This document shows positions 30,224-39,351 of a DNA stretch of 64,000 bases, in pieces. Position 1 is the first letter of the stretch. Each line of letters opens with the position of its first letter. This stretch comes from Candidatus Ozemobacter sibiricus (lineage in GTDB: Bacteria > Muiribacteriota > Ozemobacteria > Ozemobacterales > Ozemobacteraceae). Under the pieces are notes generated by a model. That model was not told the origin of the DNA and made no database searches. It saw nothing but the letters and a program-made list of their open reading frames with translations. The position numbers and the translations under genes were made by a program. The stretch covers positions 71,901 to 135,900 of the forward strand of contig QOQW01000007.1 of NCBI GenBank assembly GCA_003327425.1. Direction: 5' to 3'.

Positions 30224-31606
30224 ATGCCGAAACATCTGACCACTCAAGCCAAGCTGATCGGCTTTTTGATCGTGGCCTTGCTCATCCCCGTTGGCGCGGC
30301 CAACTACATTCTGTACCGGGCGAAAGGGGCGACGGCGCAGGTGCCGGTCGTGCTCGGCGTGCGAGCCCTTCCCACCCAGGCGGAAACCAACCTCGATTTC
30401 GTGGAATACGTCAACTCCATGGGGGATCGGCTGGACAAGCTGGCCAACACCTTGCGCGACCTCGAGGCCTATGCGCGCTTCTTCCTGGTGGGATCGTTGC
30501 TGTTCATTCCGCTGGCCACCGTAGGATTCTGGGCCTTGCTGGAGGCTCTCAACGCCCCGATGCGGGAGGCTCTGAAAAAACTGGCCTATTTCCTGAACGA
30601 GGAACGAGGCGACGAGGACGGCGATGTGCAGACTGCCGCCGCCGAGTTCGAGAAATTCCTCATGACCGCTCGCAATATCCTGTCCGAGACCCGCTCCATC
30701 TCTCAGGAGCTGGTGAAGAAGATCGAGCCGCTGACCACCACCTCGGTCTTCTCCGACGAGAATGTCGGGCAGTTCTTCACCGATGTGCAGGAGATCTCCC
30801 GCAGTTCGAACTACATCGCCAATACCGTCGAAATGACCACGGCCAGCATCCAGGAGGTGTCGACCTCGGCCCAGACCATCGCCGAGCGATCCCAGGCCGC
30901 GGCGAGCGACAGCGCCGGGGCCGCCAAGGTGGCGGCCGAGGGACGCCGGGCCGTCACCGAGACGATCGGCACCATGGAGGCCATCAAAGACGAGGTCATG
31001 GCCCTGGAAGACCTGATCGAAAGTCTCAATTCGGCCAGCAAGCAGATCGGCGAGATCGTCAACACCATCACCGGCATCGCGCATCAGACCAACCTGCTGG
31101 CGCTCAACGCCGCCATCGAAGCTGCCCGCGCCGGAGAACACGGGCAGGGCTTCACCGTGGTCGCCGAAGAGGTGCGCAAGCTGGCCGAGGAGTCCGGAGA
31201 GGCCGCCGAAGACATCGGCAAGAAGATCAAGGGCATGCTCGAGAAGACCGGCAATGCCGTGCAGACCATCAGCAAGGGCACCGCCAAGGTCATCGAAGGG
31301 GTCAATGTGGCCAATGTTGCTGGCACCAACCTGACCCTGATCGTCAACTCGGTCACCAGCGTCAACAAGATGATCCAGGACATCAGCAACGCCAGCCGCG
31401 AGCAGTCGACCAACATCGAATCGCTGCGACAGAGCATCGAGAGCATCTCGGGCGCCACCAAGATCACTTCGGAAGGCACCAAGCGGGTGGCCAACGCGGT
31501 CAATGAGCAATTGAACTACATTCGTCAGTACATCGGCGTGTTGAAGGAGATCCTGACCCTCGTGCAGCTCATGGGCGACATGCTCGACAAATACAACTTC
31601 CGCTGA
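30224..31606 (+). CDS. Methyl-accepting chemotaxis protein
   Basis: N-terminal TM, conserved MCP signalling domain (…[36 protein letters not shown]…). Confidence 0.8.
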   Translation: MPKHLTTQAKLIGFLIVALLIPVGAANYILYRAKGATAQVPVVLGVRALPTQAETNLDFVEYVNSMGDRLDKLANTLRDLEAYARFFLVGSLLFIPLATVGFWALLEALNAPMREALKKLAYFLNEERGDEDGDVQTAAAEFEKFLMTARNILSETRSISQELVKKIEPLTTTSVFSDENVGQFFTDVQEISRSSNYIANTVEMTTASIQEVSTSAQTIAERSQAAASDSAGAAKVAAEGRRAVTETIGTMEAIKDEVMALEDLIESLNSASKQIGEIVNTITGIAHQTNLLALNAAIEAARAGEHGQGFTVVAEEVRKLAEESGEAAEDIGKKIKGMLEKTGNAVQTISKGTAKVIEGVNVANVAGTNLTLIVNSVTSVNKMIQDISNASREQSTNIESLRQSIESISGATKITSEGTKRVANAVNEQLNYIRQYIGVLKEILTLVQLMGDMLDKYNFR

Positions 31607-31801
31607 TCCGGCCCGCCTGTCGCTCGTCCTTCTCGCCGCCTTCGGCCGTCGTCCCTGCTTCCTCCTACCATAAACCGGCGCCGGTGCCGACCTGGTGGCG
31701 CCCCGGTCAAGGGCGGGGCGTGGGGGCGAACCTTCATGCAATGTCAACGACGAGGGTTATCTCCGAGGCCGGAAATGCCGATGTTCTGACTGGAGGAGAC
31801 C

Positions 31802-32824
31802 ATGTCCCCTGCATCATCCCTGTTGCCCATGGCGTTCGAAGAGTTCCAGAAGGCCGTGATCGGCCTGGGCCTGGAGAAGTTCCGGGCCCGGCAGGTCTGG
31901 GAATGGCTGTTCGGCAAGCTCGTCTTCGACTTCGCCGCCATGACCGACCTGCCGGTCGCGGCTCGACAGAAGCTGGCCGAGGCTTTCCCCGCCATCCTGC
32001 CCACCGACTACCAGACCTGGTGCGGGGCCGACGGGACGGTCAAGCTGGCCTTGCCGCTGGCCGATGGCGAAACCGTCGAAGCGGTCGGCCTGCCCGACGA
32101 CCAGACCTTGACCTTCTGCCTGTCGAGCCAGGTGGGCTGCCCGGTCGGTTGCGCCTTCTGCCGGACCGGGGCGCGCGGGTTCACGCGCAACCTCACCACC
32201 GAAGAGATCGCTCTCCAACTGATGCTGCTGGTCAAGGTCCTGCGGGCTCGGCCGACCAACATCGTGTTCATGGGCATGGGCGAGCCGTTCCTCAACCGGC
32301 CGGCAGTGTTCGGGGCGATCGATCTGTTCACCGATCCCCGCCAGCTCGGGTTGGCGACCCGGCGCCTCACCATCTCGACGGCCGGGGTGGTCGAGGGCAT
32401 CCAGGAGCTGGCCGAGCGCCCAGGGGAGGTCAACCTCGCCGTCTCCCTGCATTCCGTCGATGATTGGGTCCGCTCCCTGCTCGTGCCCCTCAACCGGCGC
32501 TACCCGCTCGCCCGGTTGCGGGCGGCCCTCGTCGACTACCTCGCCCGCACCAATCGCCGGGTCAGTTTCGAGATGACCCTGCTGAAGGGTGTCAACGACA
32601 GCCTCGCCGACGCCCTCAATCTCGTGCAGTTCTGCGAGGGACTCCTGTGCCACATCAATCTCGTCCGCTTCAATCCCTTCCCAGGGTGTGCCTACAAACC
32701 AGCCCCCGAAGCCGCCGAGAAGGAGTTCCGCAAGGTGCTGAAGAAGGCGGGGCTGCCCGTCACCGTCCGGCGGTCCCGGGGGGCCGACATCCTGGCGGCA
32801 TGCGGACAGCTCGCCGGAAAGTGA
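31802..32824 (+). CDS. rlmN: 23S rRNA (adenine2503-C2)-methyltransferase RlmN (radical SAM)
   Basis: CLSSQVGCPVGCAFCRTG radical-SAM cluster motif and overall RlmN/Cfr collinearity. Confidence 0.9.
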   Translation: MSPASSLLPMAFEEFQKAVIGLGLEKFRARQVWEWLFGKLVFDFAAMTDLPVAARQKLAEAFPAILPTDYQTWCGADGTVKLALPLADGETVEAVGLPDDQTLTFCLSSQVGCPVGCAFCRTGARGFTRNLTTEEIALQLMLLVKVLRARPTNIVFMGMGEPFLNRPAVFGAIDLFTDPRQLGLATRRLTISTAGVVEGIQELAERPGEVNLAVSLHSVDDWVRSLLVPLNRRYPLARLRAALVDYLARTNRRVSFEMTLLKGVNDSLADALNLVQFCEGLLCHINLVRFNPFPGCAYKPAPEAAEKEFRKVLKKAGLPVTVRRSRGADILAACGQLAGK

Positions 32825-32828
32825 AGCC

Positions 32829-34016
32829 ATGGCCAAGAAAGAATCCTGTCTGTTGATCCTGGTCAAGATGCTGATCTTGATCTCGCTGCTGATCGCCGGC
32901 GTCGTGGCCGCCTTTTTCTACCTGCGGGGGCAGCTCAACGAGTATTTCAACCGGGGCGAGACCATCGAAGTGCCTGATTTCAAGGGCAAGCACCTGGTCC
33001 AGGTCTTCAAGGAAAAGCCGGCCGACCTCGTGATCGAGAAAGCCGACGAGAAGTTCGATCCGCGCTATCCCAAGGATTTCGTCATCGCGCAGTATCCCGA
33101 GGCCGGAACGCGGGTCAAGCCCAACAAGAAAGTCCTGCTGACCATTTCCCTGGGCAGCAAGCAGGTCAATGTCCCCGACCTCTTCCAGCGCAACCTGCGC
33201 GAATCGCGGCTGGCGCTGCTGAATGCCCAGCTCCTCGAAGGGAACCTGGCCTACATCCGTTCGGGCAAGGTCGATCGTGATCGGGTCATTACCCAGTCGC
33301 CCCTGCCGGCCATGGGCCAGGCGGTGCAGGGCAAGGTCGATCTGCTGGTCAGCCTGGGGCGCGGCCCGGTCCGGATGCCCCTGCCCAACCTGACGGGCAA
33401 GACCCTCAACGAGGCCCAGACCAGCCTGACCGCCTGGGGCCTCAAGCCCGGCCGGGTCATCACCCGCAAAGATCCTTCCCGGCCCTCGCAAACGGTCATT
33501 TCGACGGTCCCCGCGCCGTTCGAGCCGGTCGGGGAAGGAACGACCGTCGATCTGCTGGTCTCTTCCGGCAACGAACCAGGTACCGCCAAAGCCGGAGACC
33601 TCGAACGCTTCGAGTTCACGGCCGGGGCGGCGGCCGAGGTCACGGCCGCGCCGGCCAAACCGCGCGATGAACCCAAGCCCGCCGCGGCCGCGGCCACCCC
33701 CGCTGCCCCTGCCGCCCCCGCGGCGCCGCAGATCTTCCTCGCCGATGATCCCGCCCCGCCGCAGGTGGTGCCCCCGCCGCCGGTGACGCCGCCCGCGCCC
33801 GGTGCCGAGACCAGTCAGATCTCGTTCGTCATGCCCGACGGCTTCATGCCCAAGGAGGTCAAGTTCTTCCAGGTGTCGCGGGAAGGCCGCACCCAGGTCT
33901 ACACGGGCACCCATAAACCCCTCGACCTGATCAAGGTGACGGTGCCCCGTATCCCGTCCAGCAAGATCCAGATCTACATCAACGATGTTCCCATCGAGGA
34001 ACGTCCGGTGCAATAG
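32829..34016 (+). CDS. Membrane-anchored PASTA-domain protein (three PASTA repeats, Pro/Ala-rich linker, C-terminal domain)
   Basis: N-terminal TM (LILVKMLILISLLIAGVVAAFFY), three PASTA-like units (VPDFKG…, VPDLFQRN…, MPLPNLTGKTLNEAQ…), low-complexity PA-rich segment. Confidence 0.7.
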   Translation: MAKKESCLLILVKMLILISLLIAGVVAAFFYLRGQLNEYFNRGETIEVPDFKGKHLVQVFKEKPADLVIEKADEKFDPRYPKDFVIAQYPEAGTRVKPNKKVLLTISLGSKQVNVPDLFQRNLRESRLALLNAQLLEGNLAYIRSGKVDRDRVITQSPLPAMGQAVQGKVDLLVSLGRGPVRMPLPNLTGKTLNEAQTSLTAWGLKPGRVITRKDPSRPSQTVISTVPAPFEPVGEGTTVDLLVSSGNEPGTAKAGDLERFEFTAGAAAEVTAAPAKPRDEPKPAAAAATPAAPAAPAAPQIFLADDPAPPQVVPPPPVTPPAPGAETSQISFVMPDGFMPKEVKFFQVSREGRTQVYTGTHKPLDLIKVTVPRIPSSKIQIYINDVPIEERPVQ

Positions 34017-34051
34017 ATTCCCCGCACCAGAGACCAGCGGAGGCTGCAGGA

Positions 34052-35338
34052 ATGATTGGCACGATCATCAATGGCAGATATGAGCTGCTCCAGACGCTCT
34101 CGGAAAGCCATCAGTTCGAAGTATTCACCGCCCTCGAGCGCGAGACGGGCGCCACCGTCGTCGTCAAGCTTCTGCGCGAAGAGCTGTGCGACAACCAGGA
34201 GCGGGTCCGGATCTTCTGCGAAGAGGTCAAGGCCTTCGCCGCCCTTTCCCACCCTGGCATCGTCCACATCCTCGATATGGATCAGTTCGGTCGCCGTCCC
34301 TTCGTCGTCACCGAGCTGGTCGAGGGAGTCGACCTGAAAACCTGGATGCAGAGCGGAACTGCTTCCTTCAAAGACGTTGGCCGGGTCGTGCAGGAGCTGG
34401 CCACTGTTCTGCAATACGCTTGCGACCAGAAAGTGACGCGCCGTTCGATCAAGGTCTCCAATGTCTTTCGGCGGCGGGACGGGTCGATCAAGGTGCTCAC
34501 CTTTTCCCACCCTCGTCTCAAGCTGGTCGGCGCCGAGTCGCGCAGCTATGATGAAGCGGCCGGGGTGCAGTCCGACCTGTTCTTCCTGGGCACGACCATG
34601 TTCGAACTGCTGACCGGAGAATCGCCCATCCGCAAGCGAGGGGGCCTGCACGAACTGTGGGAGTCCCGCTTGCGACAGGCTCTGCGGGTGCGGCACGCCC
34701 ACCTGACGCCTGACGATATCGATCGCGTGGTCGATTTCCTCGATCGCACTCTGACCCGGAATGTGCAGCGGCGCTTCGAGTCGCATGCCGCGTTCCTGAT
34801 GGGGTTGTCCGACCTCTTGCACGCCTCGGAAGGCGCTCTGCGCAAGGAACGGGGGCCGGCCGCCCGCGTCGCCCTGGCCACCGCCGCCGAGGTCGTCGAT
34901 GCCATCCATGGTCGCCTGCCCGGTCCGTCGGTCGGTTCGGTCGGCTCTGCCCGTTCTGCCGCGGCGGACGTGGCGCCCCTGGCCATCGGTCGCCAGGCTC
35001 GTCAGGCGGTCAGCCCCGCCCGCCTCGGGTCGGAGGCTGCCGCCTCGCTCGGAGCGGGCGCGGCCATGCTCGCTGTCTCCGCCGACTCCGGGGGAGCCGC
35101 CCTGGCCATCTCGGCCGAGGCCGAACCTCTGCCCGCCGAGCCGTCGCCTGACCTGGAGGAAGACGTGCCCCCCGCTTCTTCCTCGCCGCGCCTGACCGTG
35201 GTGTCCCGCTCGGGGCGGACGGCAGCGACCAGCCAGATCTGGCGCAAAGCCGAGGAACAGACCCGTTGGTGGCGCAATCCTCTGTTCCTGATGGGCGGGC
35301 TGCTGCTGCTCATGATCATCCTGATCCTGTTCTGGTGA
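34052..35338 (+). CDS. Ser/Thr protein kinase-like protein with degenerate catalytic motifs (probable pseudokinase), C-terminal TM anchor
   Basis: Kinase fold recognisable (VVVKLL lysine, …KVSNVF…, …TFS…, APE-like GTTMFELLTGESP). The Gly-rich loop is absent. HRD is replaced by RRS and DFG by TFS. C-terminal TM LFLMGGLLLLMIILILFW. Confidence 0.65.
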   Translation: MIGTIINGRYELLQTLSESHQFEVFTALERETGATVVVKLLREELCDNQERVRIFCEEVKAFAALSHPGIVHILDMDQFGRRPFVVTELVEGVDLKTWMQSGTASFKDVGRVVQELATVLQYACDQKVTRRSIKVSNVFRRRDGSIKVLTFSHPRLKLVGAESRSYDEAAGVQSDLFFLGTTMFELLTGESPIRKRGGLHELWESRLRQALRVRHAHLTPDDIDRVVDFLDRTLTRNVQRRFESHAAFLMGLSDLLHASEGALRKERGPAARVALATAAEVVDAIHGRLPGPSVGSVGSARSAAADVAPLAIGRQARQAVSPARLGSEAAASLGAGAAMLAVSADSGGAALAISAEAEPLPAEPSPDLEEDVPPASSSPRLTVVSRSGRTAATSQIWRKAEEQTRWWRNPLFLMGGLLLLMIILILFW

Positions 35339-35343
35339 GGGGT

Positions 35344-36051
35344 ATGAACCGGCCGCTGCTCGCCCCTTCCATCCTCTCCGCCGATTTCGCGCGTCTCGGC
35401 GAGGAACTCGCCGTCGTCACCGCCAGCGGTGCCGACTGGGTCCACCTCGATGTCATGGACGGCCATTTCGTGCCGAACCTGACGTTCGGGCCGCCGGTCA
35501 TCGCCCACCTCAGACGTCATTCCCAGTTGCCGTTCGACGTCCACCTGATGATCGAACAGCCGCAGCAGTGGCTGAAGATCTATCGCGAGGCCGGCGCCGA
35601 TCGGCTGACCATCCACCTCGAGGCGTGCCGGCATGTGCAACGGCATCTGGTCGAGATCCGGCAGTTGGGCGCGGCCGCCGGACTGTGCCTCAATCCGCAG
35701 ACCTCCCTGGCTGGGCTCGAGTACCTCCTGCCCGATTGCGACCAGGTGCTGATCATGACCGTCAACCCCGGCTTCGGCGGACAGTCGCTGCTCGAACCGG
35801 TGGTCGGCAAGATCGCCGATCTGCGTCGGCTCATCGACCGGATGGGTCTGCCGACCCTCATCGAGGTCGATGGCGGCATCGATGCCACCAATGCGCAAAG
35901 GATCCTGGCCGCTGGTGCCGATGTATTGGTTATGGGCTCGGCCTTCTTCCGGACGGAAGAGAAGCCAGCCCTGGTTGCCCGGATCCATGGGATGACCACG
36001 CGCGCACGACGAGGCAAACGACATCATGGAAGGTCCACGCCATCTGCATGA
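35344..36051 (+). CDS. rpe: Ribulose-phosphate 3-epimerase
   Basis: HLDVMDGHFVPN, DVHLM, MTVNPGFGGQ, VDGGI motifs. Confidence 0.85.
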   Translation: MNRPLLAPSILSADFARLGEELAVVTASGADWVHLDVMDGHFVPNLTFGPPVIAHLRRHSQLPFDVHLMIEQPQQWLKIYREAGADRLTIHLEACRHVQRHLVEIRQLGAAAGLCLNPQTSLAGLEYLLPDCDQVLIMTVNPGFGGQSLLEPVVGKIADLRRLIDRMGLPTLIEVDGGIDATNAQRILAAGADVLVMGSAFFRTEEKPALVARIHGMTTRARRGKRHHGRSTPSA

Positions 36052-37372
36052 GCTGCTGTCACAGCTCGAGGAGCAAAGCCAGGAAACCCCGAACGATCTG
36101 AATCTCTTGCGCAAGCTGGGCCGCCTGTACCTGCGCAACGGCTCGGTGGCGGCCGCGGTGCGCGTCTTCCAACGCCTCCTGGCCCAGGCGCCCGACGATC
36201 TGGCCGCGTCGGTCGACCTGGCCCTCAGCCAAGCTCGGCTCGGCCAGATCGAAGAAGCGCGGTTCCTGCTCGAACGTGCCCTGGAAGTGGCGCCTCGATC
36301 GGCCACCGTGCTGGTCGCCATGTCGCAGGTCTGCGAGATGGCCAAAAACACCGAAGGGCAGGTCACCTTCCTCATGCGCGCGGCCAATGCCGCTCCTCAG
36401 CGTCCCGAGATCCGGCTCGCGCTGGGAGAGATCCTACGGCGGCATGGCGATTTCGCGGGGGCGATCCGGCAGTATGAGGCCGTCCTGGCCGTCCACCCCC
36501 ATCTCGAGGCGGCCCGCTTCGCGCTCGCGGCGCTCCTGATCCGGCAGAACCGGCTCAACGAGGCCATGGACCACCTGCGGGCCATCATCCGGCTGAACCC
36601 CAGCGCCCACGATGCCCATTATAACCTCGGTCACTGTCTCTTCCGTCAGAAGAAATGGGAACTGGCGACCGCCTCGTTCATGGCGGCCATGAAAGGGATG
36701 AAAGACCATCCCCAGCTGCATTACCAGCTCGCCATCTGCCAGTTCCACCTCAAAGACTGGGACCGGGCCATCGTCCACATGGAGCGGTATGCCGCTCTGC
36801 TGCCCGGGTCGTTCGAGGCCCAGCTCGCCTTGGGCGACCTCTACCAGCAGGCGGGAGAGCCCGACCTCGCGCGCGAGGTGTTCGCCGGGCTGGCCGATGC
36901 CTTCCCGCAGCGACCCGAGTCCTTCATCCGCCTGGCGAGCATCTGCCGCGACCTGCAGCGGTTCGACGAGGCGGAGCAGGCGCTGCGCCGCCTCTTCCAC
37001 CATCATCCTGGTCATATCGAGGGGCATCGTCTGCAGGCCGATCTGCATTTCGCCAGGGGCCAGTGGAAAGCCGCCCTCGACGAGTACCGCAACACCTTGT
37101 TGATGAACGAGAACTATCTGCCGGGGCGTCGAGGCGTGGCGGCGGTCTTCCGGCAGACCGGTCAGACCGCTGAAGAATTCGCCGCCCTGCAGAAGGTGGC
37201 CGCCCTGGCCCCCGATGATGTCGACGTGCTGCTGCGCCTGGGCGAACTCGAGAAGATCCTGGGCATGCCCAGCTGCCTGGACCGGTTCCGCAAGATCACC
37301 CAGTTGGCGCCTGATTCCTTGCAGGCCAAGGAGGCGAGCTACTACCTCCGCCACCTCGCCAAGGCTGGCTGA
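36026..37372 (+). CDS. TPR-repeat protein
   Basis: Multiple TPR units (…AHYNLGHCLFRQKKWELA…, …LQLAICQFHLKDWDRAI…). Confidence 0.6.
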   Translation: MEGPRHLHELLSQLEEQSQETPNDLNLLRKLGRLYLRNGSVAAAVRVFQRLLAQAPDDLAASVDLALSQARLGQIEEARFLLERALEVAPRSATVLVAMSQVCEMAKNTEGQVTFLMRAANAAPQRPEIRLALGEILRRHGDFAGAIRQYEAVLAVHPHLEAARFALAALLIRQNRLNEAMDHLRAIIRLNPSAHDAHYNLGHCLFRQKKWELATASFMAAMKGMKDHPQLHYQLAICQFHLKDWDRAIVHMERYAALLPGSFEAQLALGDLYQQAGEPDLAREVFAGLADAFPQRPESFIRLASICRDLQRFDEAEQALRRLFHHHPGHIEGHRLQADLHFARGQWKAALDEYRNTLLMNENYLPGRRGVAAVFRQTGQTAEEFAALQKVAALAPDDVDVLLRLGELEKILGMPSCLDRFRKITQLAPDSLQAKEASYYLRHLAKAG

Positions 37373-37498
37373 TGCCTGCCGGCCGGTCGCTCGCGCTGGT
37401 CGCGAGGCGGTGGCGAGGGTCGGGACTTTTCTTCCTGTGTCTGTGAACCGAGATCGTTCGGTGACGGCTCGGCGCCAAGGAAACTCGCCGATCTGCCG

Positions 37499-38788
37499 AT
37501 GAGTCTGGCCATGGATCGCCTGCTGGCTTCGCTGCTTCTGCTCGATCTCGTGGCCTGGCTGCTCTGGGAACTGGTCGGTTGGGGGCTTGATGGAGCGCGG
37601 GGCCGGACGGAGGACGGGGAACCGCGGTCCCCGCGTCTGGCCCCGACCCGGCCGGCCGCCGTGCTTTATCCGGCCCCTCCCCGGGCGTCACCGCCGCCGG
37701 GAGCGGAGGCCGAACCGGCGCTGGCCGACTGCGATCGCCGCTTCCTGGCCCGGGTCGGGCGAGAACGCCGCTTGACCGCGGCCGAAAAGGGCAAGCTGGT
37801 GGAATTGGCCAGGCACGCCGCACCCGAGCTGCAGTGGGAAGCCGTTTCGATTCTCGTCGACGATCCCGATCAGCACCCGTTCATCTGGCGATGGCTCGAG
37901 GAGCAGGATCGCCGTCTGCTCGAACTCGTCCGGCGGTTGATGGAGACGGGGGAGATCACCCTTTCCCCGGAGCTGGTCGCCATGTTGGAAGGGTTGAGCG
38001 CAAGCCCGGATGCTTCGCCCTCGACTTTCCCTTCCCAGGCTCCTGTCGCGCTTCCCCCTGCCGATTCAACGCCGGTCGGCCCCAGCGAGGTCATTCCCGA
38101 ATACGCCGGGGCTCACGAACTGTTCCTCGCCCTGCAGCATTTTCAGGATCTGCCAGCGGATATTCGCACGGAACAGGCGACGGCGCTCATCCAGAACGGT
38201 CTGCTGGCCTCCGACCCCTATGTGCGAGGCGCGGCCGTGGCGGCCATGGGGCGCTGCTCGATTCAAGATGCCTCGCTGCATCTCCGTCGCCTGCTTGGGG
38301 ACGAATCGTCGTATGTGCGAGGGTGCGCGGTCGATGCTTTGTGCGAACTGGAAAAAGCCGGGGCGCTTTCGGCGTTGGAGCAGGTCTTGCAAGACGAAGA
38401 CACCCTGGAGGTCCTGGAAATCGTTCTGGTCAACCTCTCTCAAATGAACGTGCCGGAAGCCCTCCAGACGCTCGATCGTCACCTCGATCATCTGCCTGAA
38501 CCCATCCTGCCCATGGCGCGCCGGGTGCGACAAAGCCTGGCCAGAAAGGTGGCGCCCTCCCGGCCGTGCTCTTCACGACCAGAGGCCGAACCGGATGGCC
38601 AGGGCCAGCCCGGCCGCCAGGTGCAGGAGCAACGCCCCTTTGAGGGCTTTTCTGGCGAGGGAGGTGGGGCCATGCGGGAAGATGCCGGCCAGGCCCAGCA
38701 GCACGAGGGGGCCGGCCCATCCCCAGGCCGGAATGGCCAGCGCGGCGGCCGTTCCGACGCCGAACCAGGGGAAGAACCGCCCCGGTGA
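37499..38788 (+). CDS. Membrane-anchored HEAT-repeat protein
   Basis: N-terminal TM; HEAT/PBS-lyase repeats (DPYVRGAAVAAMGRC…, SSYVRGCAVDALCEL…). The low-complexity C-terminal ~70 aa overlap pilD on the opposite strand, so the 3' end is uncertain. Confidence 0.5.
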   Translation: MSLAMDRLLASLLLLDLVAWLLWELVGWGLDGARGRTEDGEPRSPRLAPTRPAAVLYPAPPRASPPPGAEAEPALADCDRRFLARVGRERRLTAAEKGKLVELARHAAPELQWEAVSILVDDPDQHPFIWRWLEEQDRRLLELVRRLMETGEITLSPELVAMLEGLSASPDASPSTFPSQAPVALPPADSTPVGPSEVIPEYAGAHELFLALQHFQDLPADIRTEQATALIQNGLLASDPYVRGAAVAAMGRCSIQDASLHLRRLLGDESSYVRGCAVDALCELEKAGALSALEQVLQDEDTLEVLEIVLVNLSQMNVPEALQTLDRHLDHLPEPILPMARRVRQSLARKVAPSRPCSSRPEAEPDGQGQPGRQVQEQRPFEGFSGEGGGAMREDAGQAQQHEGAGPSPGRNGQRGGRSDAEPGEEPPR

Positions 38789-39343
38789 GGGCCCGCGCGT
38801 GGCGAGCCATCCGGCGATGGTGCCCAGCACCGGAGCCAGAGCCCAGACGGCCAGCCAGGGGCCACCTGCCACCCAGGTCAGAACCGCGAAAGCCAGCAAC
38901 GGCCAGAGAAAAGGGCCGGGCGCGGCCACTTCTTCCCGGATCAACAGCATGGTCTGGATCAGCCAGATGATGGCCCAGGCGGCGGTCGGCACCAGCTGGC
39001 GGCTTGCCCCCCAGAACCAGAACGAGGAGGCAAGAATGAGGGCGGCGGCCAGCTCGACCAAGGGATACTGGATGGAGATGGGCGCCTGACAATATCGGCA
39101 GCGGCCTCGCAGCATCACCCATCCGAAGATCGGGACGAGATCGAGGGCGGACAGACGGTGGTGGCAATGGGGGCAGGCCGACGGCGGGAAGACCACCGAT
39201 CGTCCTTCCGCCATACGCAGGATGACGACGTTGGTAAAGCTGCCCAACAGGCTGCCGAAGATGCCGAACAACATCGCCCCGGCGGCCAGGGGCAGCCCCG
39301 GGGAACCGCCCAGAGGATCAGGAATGTCGGACCAGAACCCCAT
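38573..39343 (-). CDS. pilD: Prepilin peptidase / N-methyltransferase PilD (A24 family)
   Basis: Tetra-Cys zinc motif CPHCHH…CRYC, conserved A24 helices; start at internal ATG (MGFWSD) of the long ORF 38573..40054. Confidence 0.85.
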   Translation of the reverse strand: MGFWSDIPDPLGGSPGLPLAAGAMLFGIFGSLLGSFTNVVILRMAEGRSVVFPPSACPHCHHRLSALDLVPIFGWVMLRGRCRYCQAPISIQYPLVELAAALILASSFWFWGASRQLVPTAAWAIIWLIQTMLLIREEVAAPGPFLWPLLAFAVLTWVAGGPWLAVWALAPVLGTIAGWLATRGPSPGRFFPWFGVGTAAALAIPAWGWAGPLVLLGLAGIFPHGPTSLARKALKGALLLHLAAGLALAIRFGLWS

Positions 39344-39351
39344 GATCGACC

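Noticed and set aside
37380-37440. Weak hairpin CTCGCG/CGCGAG followed ~20 nt later by ACTTTTCTTCC after the TPR gene
   Set aside because: The T-tract is too far from the stem for a canonical intrinsic terminator; low confidence, not listed as a feature.
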